Positions 54,224 through 64,000 of a stretch of DNA of 64,000 nt are shown in pieces. How positions within the stretch are numbered: the stretch's first letter is position 1; every line of letters starts with the position of its first letter. The DNA is from Selaginella moellendorffii (lineage: Eukaryota; Plantae; Lycopodiophyta), in the NCBI RefSeq assembly GCF_000143415.4, contig NW_003314453.1, forward strand, positions 20,902-84,901, read 5' to 3'. Below the pieces are notes generated by a model. It was not told the DNA's origin. It did not search any database and saw only the letters and a list, made by a program, of their open reading frames with translations. The translations under genes and the position numbers were made by a program.

Positions 54224-54516
54224 GGACTCGGACTCGGACTCGGACTCGGACTCGGACTCGGACTCGGGCTCGGGCTCGGTCTCGGGCTCGGCCTCGGTCT
54301 CGGTCTCGGTCCCGATCTCGGTCTCGGTCTCGGTCTCGGTCCCGGTCTCGGTCTCGACTTCGGACTCCATCTCGGACTCCATCTCGGACTCCATCTCGGA
54401 CTCCATCTCGGGTCCATCTCGGGTCCATCTCGGACTCCATCTCGAACTCCATCTCGGGTCCATCTCGGACTCCATCTCGGACTCCATCTCGGACTCCATC
54501 TCTAGTCCATCTCGGA
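54224..54516. repeat. LTR-internal satellite: (GGACTC)n, (GGTCTC)n, then GGACTCCATCTC/GGGTCCATCTC units
   Basis: Read directly. Homologous arrays at 26030-26505, 36268-36680, 41000-41330, 52020-52320 and 59808-60378. Confidence 0.95.
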
Positions 54517-56599
54517 CACTCCCATGTGTCATGTGTTGGTCCTTTTGGGTCTCTTTTTGGAGCCTTGCCTTTTGCTCGCTTCGTGCTCGTTCCTCGAGCA
54601 CTTCGTTGGGAGTTCCACTCCCGCTCTTGACTTTTCAAGTCGGAGCTTTTGGTCCAAACGTGTTACGCTCGTTTGGCTCTCGCTTCGGCCACTACCATGT
54701 GGCGCCCTTCCGGCTCCACTTTGGGGCCTAGGGATTTTGTGTCTCACAACTCCACCACCCATAGACGAAGTTCGATGTCCTCATCGAACGGTAAACCCTT
54801 TCATAAAGTAACACCCACATGTGTTACCATTTCCATCTTTGGCACCTAGCCAATCTTTGTCTATGGTTTGACATCAAAGGCTCACCATGCCTTTTGCATA
54901 TCCTCTAAGGAGGGTAGTCTCTCCAACTTAGAGACTGATTGGACCACGTATAGTGGTTCTCTCCTTTTATTGGTTTCTTTTTCTTTTTTCCTAAACCTCT
55001 TAGAGACCTTTCTCTAAGTCAATCCCACTACTCCTTCTCGAGTAGTTTCAATTTCCATCGCTATAACCTTTGCACTTTGGAACTTTGAATTTTTACTTCT
55101 TGGAGTCGATTTCCTAGGTGTCTCCGACACCTTGCCTTGCACCTTTTGTGCAACTCCACTTCCCATCCTAGGAAGTTCTCTACTCGAGGGCACCATCATC
55201 CTCTCTTCTATTTCGTGCCAAAGTTCCAGTTATCATGCTTTGTGCTAGGGCTGTTCATGGCCCTATCATTTGGCTACCTTACCGCTCCCTCCCTTGGAGC
55301 TTCCACTTTTGCCAAATTGGAGCATTTCGGAATCCCTCCTTGGAAACACACTTCCTTTCCCGCAACTCGTTAGCGTCCAACACATTAGTGTTCCTCGCCT
55401 AACTTTGTCACTTGGATTCCTTCCAATGGATTCCACGGCCCTATCTTGGCCACTCATCTTTTGCTCCTATCCGTTGATTGTTGCACCAAGCAACATCGAA
55501 TCTCTACCTCCCTCCTTGAGGTATTGTTTCTTTTCCATAGCAAAGACTCTTCTTTGCCAAGTCCGGAGGATGTTCACCCCTAGTACGTCTCTTTAGCATC
55601 TTCTGCTATGGGCTCTATCCACGGCCCAACTTCGTGACCCTCCCATGGGTCTTTTATAGAGACTACTTTCCTCGGACTCACTATGCTATCGCACGGACAT
55701 AGTTTAATTCCCTTAGGTGCTCTTCCCACTTGGTTATCACGACCAAGCCACACCACCTTAAACAGTTCAATTTCAACATTTTGAACCAGGAACTTCATTC
55801 CTTAGCCAACCAAGGACCATGTCCTTATCTGGCCATAAGATCACCTAGTGATCTCACCTTGGCACCTTAACAGAGTTGCCAAGAGGTACTTGGTCTTCTA
55901 GACCTCCAAGTTGTTGACTATAACCCCGGGGGCATCCCCCACACTTGGCGGTGCACCCAAGCTAGCCCTTACGGCCAAGGGTTCATAGCAACTGAGATTA
56001 GGTGTCCCCATCTCACTCACCACGACCTTGGTGCCACTTGCACCAAAGTGTTCAAGTTAGATATGCTGAGCTTTCACACTAAGCAATCTAACCGTGCATC
56101 ACGACTCCGAGGCATCCCTCGCTTGGCGGTGTGCCCAAACCAGTCTCCCCACTGAGAGTCCATGACCACCGAAATATGAGTGTCCTCATATTCCAAACCA
56201 TCACCACGCCCTAGTGATTTGGGACTCGAACCCAAGCACTAGAGGGTCGGGACTCGAACCCAACCTCCGTATATGCATCTACGGACGGCATCACACTAGA
56301 TGCCTGGCGTGACTCCCCACGCCGGTGCACCAACCTATTTTTAAAGCGCGCTACAGATCACAGCTTAGGAACCTAGTTCCTCCACACTGCCAAGTCCTCT
56401 CACTTGACATGTCTATGATCATGCATGGACTCCTCCATGCTCGGCCCCATGGCCCACCCCTTTTGAAGTTATCACCTTCAACTAGGGTCTTTGTTCCCCC
56501 GACGTGCCAATTTCACTTGGCAAGTCCTCCGACCATTGTAACATGGTTCCTGCATAAGCGTGAAAGTCCTTGACCATCGACTTTCGTTCAAAGCCCTCT

Positions 56600-58625
56600 C
56601 TTTGAACACTCGGGAACTACTTCCCTAACCTTGATAACCTTGCCTCATGGCAAGCTTCAAGACCACGCTTCTGCTGCGCCACTCTGATTTCGCGTGTTCC
56701 ATGAACCATTTACACTTGGCCTTTCTAGGTACTACGCTACCTAGAATCGTCTTTGGGAACCTTGAAGGAACTCTGTCCCTCAGCTTGCTAAGGCCTCCCC
56801 TTTCGCAAGCTTTATAGTTGCCATATAGTCTAACATGGACAATTCCATATTTTAGACTCTCCATGGCATCACGGTTGCTAGCAACAACATCCTCGAGCAC
56901 CCTCTTGCTTCTCCACTCCCAACTTTCATAACCACTGTTGGATATGTCCTTTGATTTCTATGGTTCAGTTCCATCCCAATACTACTTGCCTTTGGCTTCA
57001 CACCTTTCCTTCGGTCATTCTCCTCCAGACCAGGAGGATAGCTTTGCACTTTCTATCATGCCTTAGCAAGTATTCTTAGGGATGAACCTACCCAATAGCC
57101 CAGGGAGTGGTTCCTCAATCCGGGTATGCTCAGCTTATAATCCCACACACTGGGATTACATTTGTTGCTTATGGGCCGTTACATGCCCATCACTAGCCTT
57201 GCCAAAATTCCATTTTTGGCTTTGTCCAACTTGGGTAGACAGTCCTCTCCTGTCTCCGCAACCTTGGACATTTGGATAGCACCTTCTATCCATCATTCGC
57301 TAGGGACTTAGTCCCTTGGGCTTTATCCATTGCCCTCGCGATATCAAACACCACCTTCTGGTGTTCTAGAGTGTTCGGGTGTCCCAATGATGGCTTTCTT
57401 GACAATGAGTATTTCCTTTTATGACATTGACTTACTATATCGCAACATAAGAAACTTATCCCCCGTAAGGGTATATCCGACTTCCCTATACTAGAAGTCT
57501 TGGGTAGCTACCTTCTACCCGTTTAATCAGTTATTTTGCACCTCTTGCTTAGTTGCCTCATAGTTGTCAAGTCCTACAACTCATTGCTTGGTGCTTTCAC
57601 ACCTCCATCACTATCTGGGTCACCACACTCCAACTGCATGCTCTGCAGCTTAGGCTATGCCATTCCTATTTCCATTGGGATTCCTTTGGCAAGGGGTTCT
57701 CATGAACCCACCAACATAGCCTCAAGGTATCACACCTTGGCACATTTGGTGTCTCCACACCATCGGCTCCACGAGCCTACCTCTATGACATTTCCCCTTC
57801 GTGTCTAAGTCTTTGCCAAGACCAACACCGCTCTTTCTCATGCCAACCATCCGTTAGCACTGCACCATAGAGGTCACACACAACTTTATGTCAAAGTTGT
57901 TTTCTTCTGGGAACACCTTTCCCATAACTTTAGCATGGCACATTGCCATCGATGAGATACTCTCTGTTCTCATCCTTGGATCCTATGATCCCCCCCCATC
58001 CTTTGTGGGGTACAACGCACCTCAGTCCAAATGCTTCTATCCGTCCTTTTAGGACCATCCCTTGACTCTACTTGAGTCGTCTAGCAGTTTTGGACTTGGT
58101 TAATCCACCAACCCGTAAGGTCTTACTTGTGAGGCACTAGCTCACTGGAATACACTTCTTGCATTCCGGTCCTACTCAAAAGGACTATTTTCACAAGTGT
58201 TACTCCGACACTTGATTTTGTTCTCTGGGGGCAACCTTTGCCCCTTAGGACTGCTTGTCCATGTGATGAGAATACCAACTCATCCACTTAATACACCCCC
58301 AACTCCTTGGGTTGTTCCAGCATTTATTAGAGGTAGCCCCGGCTACCATTTCAAGGACTTGAGTCCTCTTCCGTATTTGACCTTCCACGGTCATTACCTT
58401 TGGTCTCACATTCATGAGCACCAACCTCAACTATATGAGGATAATCTTGTGACTCCTTTATTGTTTTGGAGTCTCTATCTTTCCCGTGATCCCAACTTTA
58501 GTTGTTTACCACAACAACCTAAGCCAATTTGCTGAGACAAATGCTCATCCGGATCACATCCTCAACTCAATGAGGAAAACCTTGCACTGTTCCCAAGATC
58601 CCAAAGTCGTTCCATTATTGGCCCT
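56600..58625 (+). pseudogene. Heavily decayed Ty1/Copia gag-protease-integrase relic, antisense to family L
   Basis: Ordered, frame-broken remnants: SW(x)SFKTTLL (gag), EWFLNPG (WxLDSG protease), DLLYRNIRNLS, CQSCFLLG..PFP, LD..LWG, FWTWLIH, GHYL..IHEH, PQQ..AE..HILNSMRKTLHCSQDPK. The order and spacing fit Copia. Confidence 0.55.
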
Positions 58626-59807
58626 TTTCTATCCACCACTCGTCTACAAGTTCACACATGAATTGTAATGGAGAGCCATGTCTTCCAGACTTGCTACTCC
58701 TCAAGGATAGGCCCACTCCTCGGACCTTCCGATGCCAACACTAGTGGTGATATACTTGAGCACCAATAAAAGTCGGACTAAGGAACAGCTCTGATACCAA
58801 ATTGTAAGCGACTAATTTTTCCATTCTACTTTAGTCACTTAACCACACCTTCGACCACTTGGAGGAGTCTCACTCACAACCTCCTTAAGTCCAATTCAGG
58901 ACTTGGGACTTGCTAGCCCCAAGAATGGCATCCATGCCACTCAACACTTGCACCTGGTCCAAGTGCTCCATGTGTCCGGTCCCAAGACCGACACCCAAAG
59001 GTACCACTGACATCTCGGCCCGTTACGCTAAGGCCATGCCCATTCACCTTTGCTGCACTAGTGGTCCAATACCACTTGCATCACCATCCCGTCTCTCCAA
59101 GATTGGGCTATCGGTCCACGAGTGGTCATCCTAGATCCACTCCTTAGCATCCTTAGGATGCCCACAGACCTGGGGAATCGCCTTCCCCAAAGTCCCTTTG
59201 TCAATTCCTACCAAGTCCCTTTTTGCCCCTGGCCGTGTTTGCCAACACTGCCACTGGATCGAGGCCCACAGGCCCGACCACTAAGTCCCATGGTCCTCTG
59301 GGACTTCCTCACCACACGACTGTGTCCTTGGTCACTACCCCAGAGGACTGCTCCCCTTCCTTTCCACAATCTAGGCCTTTGGGACAACATTTCGGAACAC
59401 CGTGGCCTTACGCGAGCCACCTGGGTACTCTCCCCGCCTTTCGCCTTTAGGTGCTCTAGCCATGGGCTTAGAGCGAGGTTCCGTTGAGCCACACTTGGTA
59501 TCCAAGTAGGTAGTGCCACCCACACTTGGACTGGGAGCATCGGCCAGTCGATCTCCCGGGGGAACTAGAGCCGGCTCTTGAACACTTCACCAAGCTACCC
59601 CGCTTGTCGGTCCATGTTCACTCTAGTCTTGGACTTCCCAGTGGGCATCTCATCACCCAACACTGGGTCCGGCCTTCCTGGGCCAAACTGGCCTTTCCTG
59701 GCCAAACTGGCTCCACTGCAGTCCTCCCCCTACTATACTTTTGGAGCTCACCAAACCCCCCAGGGTCTGGGAGACGAACGCTTTGGGCTTTCACCCTCTC
59801 AGGCTCC

Positions 59808-60378
59808 GGACTCGGACTCGGACTCGGACTCGGACTCGGACTCGGACTCGGGCTCGGGCTCGGTCTCAGGCTCGGCCTCGGTCTCGGTCTCGGTCCCGAT
59901 CTCGGTCTCGGTCTCGGTCTCGGTCCCGGTCTCGGTCTCGACTTCGGACTCCATCTCGGACTCCATCTCGGACTCCATCTCGGACTCCATCTCGGGTCCA
60001 TCTCGGGTCCATCTCGGACTCCATCTCGAACTCCATCTCGGGTCCATCTCGGACTCCATCTCGGACTCCATTTCGGGTCCATCTCGGGTCCACCTCGGAC
60101 TCCACCTCGGACTCCATCTCGGACTCCATCTCAGGTCCATCTCGGACTCCACTTCGGACTCCAGCTCGGGTCCATCTCGGGTCCACCTCAGACTCCATCT
60201 CGGACTCCACTTCGGACTCCAACTCGGGTCCATCTCGGGTCCACCTCGGACTCCACTTCGGACTCCAGCTCGGGTCCATCTCGGGTCCACCTCGGACTCC
60301 ATCTCAGACTCCATCTCGGACTCCATCTCGGGTCCATCTCGGACTCCATCTCGGACTCCATCTCTAGTCCATCTCGGA
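59808..60378. repeat. Expanded satellite in the 5' LTR
   Basis: 278 bp longer than the array in the sister LTR; the LTR offset shifts from 5584 to 5862 across it. Confidence 0.95.
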
Positions 60379-60619
60379 CACTCCCATGTGTCATGTGTTG
60401 GTCCTTTTGGGTCTCTTTTTGGAGCCTTGCCTTTTGCTCGCTTCGTGCTCGTTCCTCGAGCACTTCGTTGGGAGTTCCACTCCCGCTCTTGACTTTTCAA
60501 GTCGGAGCTTTTGGTCCAAACGTGTTACGCTCGTTTGGCTCTCGCTTCGGCCACTACCATGTGGCGCCCTTCCGGCTCCACTTTGGGGCCTAGGGATTTT
60601 GTGTCTCACAACCAGCTCC

Positions 60620-61665
60620 CTGATCTCACCTAAACACCTTAACAGATTTGCCAAGGAATCTTATTCTTTAACCAAACAAAAACCTTGTCCTTATTTAGCC
60701 ACACTTAGTGATCTCACCTTGACACCTTAACAGATTTGCCAATAGATACTAAATCTTCCAGATTTTTAAGTTGTTGACCATGACCTTGGGGGCATCCCCC
60801 AGGGTCATGTAATCTCCTGAGTTTGGACTTCTTGGGAGGTCACCTATCCCAGTACTATTCACACTCAAGGATGCTTAACCCCAAATATCCTAAGACCCTT
60901 AACCGATTGGAAAAGGGGGTGCACTTTTATTCATGAGCCTTTTCCCTCTATATTTAAACCCCATAGATCGTCTCTTAAGTCGTTCCCTTTGGTTGCTTAC
61001 ACCACACTTGTCAGTGCGCACAAGCTAGCCCTTCTAAGCAAGGGTCCATAGCAATTAAGATTGGGTGTCCCCATCTCATTCACTACATCTTTGGTGCCAT
61101 TTACACCAAAGTATTCAAGTTAAATATGTTAAGCTTTCACACTAAAAAATTTAACATGCATCATGACTCTAGGGCATCCCTCACTTGGTGGTGTGCCCAA
61201 GCCAATCTCCTCACTGAGAGTCCATAACCACCATAAAATAAGTGTTCTTATATTCCAAACTATCACCACACCCTAGTGAGTTGGGATTTGAACACAAACA
61301 CTAGAGGGTTGGGACTTGAACCCAACCTTCGTATATGCATTTATAGATAGCATCATATTTGGCGTGACTCCTCATGCCGGTCCACCAACTTATACTTAAA
61401 ACACGCTATAGATCATAGTTTAGTAACATAGTTCCTTTGAACTACCAAGTCTTCTCACTTGACAAGTCTATGATTATGCATGGACTTTTCCATGTTTGGC
61501 CCCATGGGCCACCCTTTTTTGAAGTCAACACATTCAATTAAGATTTTTATTCCCCCCAACTTGCCAATCTCGCTTAGCAAGTCACCCGACTAGCATAACA
61601 TAGTTTCGTGTGTAAGCGTGAAAGTCCTTAACCACTGACTTTCATTCAAAGCCATCGCTTGAACA
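60620..61665 (-). mobile_element. Old family L internal fragment
   Basis: Colinear with 55790-56615. Confidence 0.8.
60808..61001 (-). mobile_element. Cassandra solo LTR
   Basis: TGTAATCTCC...GGTTGCTTACA, 194 bp, with the 5S-like segment; no clean 5-bp TSD. Confidence 0.9.
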
Positions 61666-61669
61666 CTTG

Positions 61670-64000
61670 GGGACAGGGCTGGGTAGTTTTTGAGCTGAGA
61701 TCAAGTCAATGAAAGTCAATGAGCTGGTTTCTCCAACATCTACAACCAAATTACAATAAGCAAGGTCATTAGAAATCAAGTTCTTACTCTCTTGGACGTC
61801 CTCACTATGGAGTTGCTTTTGTACATTTTGAGCAGTAAGGGCTGGATGAGCAGTAGCAGTAGGATAAGATGGGGCAAAAGAGTTTTCAGCTGGGTTCTCC
61901 ACTTGTTCGTCTTCAGTCTGCTCAATATGAATCTCGTCCCTGTCCTGAAGCATCTCCACTCCCTCCAAAAGTGCCTCTACAATAAAGTAGAAACATAAGT
62001 TATTGCTAGGAAGTTTTACTCATCAAACTTGGATGACACTCAAGATAGAGATCAAGCTCAAAAGGTGACGATGGCATTTGCCTCCACAACTCCAAATACC
62101 ATGGACAAAGTTTTTGCTCCCACGCAGTGGGATAATGGAACTTTGGCTCATACATGCCAAACTTCTTCCCATCAATTAAGAGCTTGAGAAAAACACTTGC
62201 TGTATACATTGGAACACTTGGGCAATGATTTAAATACCTACAAAAGAGCCATGATTAAATAAGTAAGTCAATTTCTTGCAATATACCTATATGCCATGCA
62301 GTGCGAGAAAAATGGTTAGCTCAACTAGTTCTTGAAATCCATGGAGCTTGAGCTGCCATTAGAAAGCCATCCATCCCCAAGCTCTTGAAGGGAAGCTTGG
62401 ACATATTCTGGAAGTGTTATGCCAATGTGGGCACTAGTAAGGAACTTCATATCCCATACTTGAAGTAGCTCCTTAGCAATTGCAATACTCTGAGTGATAT
62501 AAAGCTTCTCCTTCATCAAGCTTGCTCTCTAGCCTCTTGTCATTGTTACGATGCCAAGTGTTGAAGAGCTCCAAGCCAGAGGTTTGTTCGTTGAAGGAAA
62601 GCTTGCTTTTTGCAATGTTATAGATCAATTCTTTAAGTGCCTTACCATTTCCTATAAGGATAAGGATTTCAAAGTGGAATAAGAAAGATAAAAGACACTA
62701 ACTTACTGCCACAAAAGCATATCTCTACAATGCAATCCAGCCAATCTTTATCATGTCGGATGTCTATAATAGCAAGTAGCTTCTTCACCTTTGATTTCTT
62801 CAAGTTCAAAATGCACTGCTCAATTTGTCATAGTTCGAGGTTCTTTTACCCCTCATTCGTCACTTGCGTAATTTTCAAATATGAGTTTTGCTCCACCTTG
62901 ACAATTGGTTAAAAGGAAAATTTGTGAGTAGAAAACACAAGTTCATGCAAGAAAAGGATACCTTTGCCCAAACCGCGACCAAAAAGTCCATAGGCACCTA
63001 ATACCAAGTAAGAAACTTTTGGCCTTTATGTGCTACAAGCTTTGCTTGAACTGCTTCCATAACCTCACAACTATACAATATTTAGATTTCTTCGAGAGAA
63101 AGCATGCCAACATATCAAAGGTGCTTGATATCATGGACCAAGGTATGTGCTTGGAAAGCAAACTGATTAAGCCTATATCATAGTTGGTGAGACTAGTAAG
63201 GGATTCTTAAATATTGATCTTGTGATATACCAAGTTGAGCCTCACAACTTGGTTTCGATCCTTTGGCTCCTTAAGGGTCACTGGAACACAAATATGTCAC
63301 TCACCATCATTCTAGAACTTCTCTTGGATACACCTCCAAAATGCTAGCCATTGGTGGTTTCCATCAATAATGAAGAACATCTGGCCTACAAAGGCTTGTG
63401 TCTCCTTGTGGCATGCCATCAAAGTATCAAACTCTTGAGATTTCCTTTGCTATATCTGATCCTAAATCTATTTGATCTCGTGAGTAACCATGTCTATGCA
63501 ATTTATTCTGGGGAATGATGACAACATAATAAATGATCCAGTAGTGTACCCAAATCCAATCTCTGTGAAAGAGGTATAAATAGCCATGTAACATAGACTA
63601 AGCGCACCCAATGACTTTGCTTAAGATGGCAAAGTGGAATTTGAAGATGTTGGGATCCTTTCCAAGCCATTTCACTGAACACCCTGCTAATAGTTTGTTC
63701 TTGAGCCTAGATAATAGTCTCGTGTACTCACTCATTCAAGATCATGTAAGCCTCTAGCATAGTTACCACTTCATTTTTGTGACATTCAGGAGCAACAGCA
63801 TGTTTGCCATTTTCACCACCAAGATCTGCCCCACCACCTATAGCACCAGATGCCTCATTTCTACCACCAAGTTCTGCCCCACCACCTATGGCATTAGGTG
63901 TCTCATTTCCACCACCACCAGCAACTTCTCCTGTGCTAAAGATAGGTTCTACATTTCCACACTCTCTAGAACCATCTGGCTCCTACATGTTGACACTTGG
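61670..64000 (-). pseudogene. Decayed multi-exon gene with a ParB/Sulfiredoxin-like motif
   Basis: LQIPLCHLKQSHWVR..FTEIGFGY..VTHEIK*I*DQI*QRKSQEFD..FVGQMFFIIDGNHQWLAFWRCI. GT-AG introns at 62652-62706 and 62238-62286. Many stops that look like C>T or G>A changes. Confidence 0.55.
63815..63910. repeat. 48-bp tandem duplication (Gly-rich on the minus strand)
   Basis: ACCACCAAGATCTGCCCCACCACCTATAGCACCAGATGCCTCATTTCT followed by a diverged second copy. Confidence 0.85.

Larger units (their letters stand above)
53219..60610 (-). mobile_element. Intact young non-autonomous LTR retrotransposon (family L, LARD-like, 7392 bp)
   Basis: 5' LTR 58803-60610 and 3' LTR 53219-54748, TG...CA. TSD ACCAG/ACCAG. 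PBS TGGTATCAGAGC at 58788-58799; PPT at 54749-54761. About 5 substitutions between LTRs outside the satellite. No long ORF. Confidence 0.95.

Noticed and set aside
54224-54516. CRISPR-like array
   Set aside because: The repeats are contiguous with no unique spacers, there are no cas genes, and the context is eukaryotic.
56211-56270. tRNA gene
   Set aside because: Only T-loop-like hairpins are present; I could not build a cloverleaf or find a convincing A box.
59526-60593. Long overlapping ORFs (also 53942-54731, 25936-26643 and 36268-36953)
   Set aside because: They are stop-free reading of the 6/11/12-bp LTR satellite in several frames, giving low-complexity translations rather than genes.

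Overview
Eukaryotic, repeat-dense scaffold with N gaps. Introns of about 50-60 nt and plant gene fragments point to a land plant; a lycophyte such as Selaginella is my inference. I see no intact host gene. Bases 1-22094 are three minus-strand non-autonomous Helitrons lying head-to-tail. They carry intron-containing fragments of unrelated genes: CYP88/KAO, glutathionyl-hydroquinone reductase, DNAJC16-like, kelch, Tic32-like SDR, FGAM synthase, class III peroxidase and F-box. Bases 22095-61660 are a nest of LTR retroelements: (i) a 5S-rRNA-bearing Cassandra TRIM, as one 3-LTR tandem array plus several solo or partial LTRs; (ii) a complete but mutated chromovirus with LTRs of about 100 bp; (iii) a split non-chromovirus Gypsy; (iv) many copies of a large non-coding LTR family, here called family L, including a very young intact copy at 53219-60610. 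Family L is the most unusual object. After its PBS it carries a Cassandra-like internal domain, followed by a decayed Copia gag-pol in antisense. Its LTR seems to derive from the same antisense Copia region and contains a fast-changing 6/11/12-bp satellite. The window ends in a decayed minus-strand gene with a ParB/Sulfiredoxin-like DGNH motif. All protein assignments are by-eye motif recognition, not database hits.
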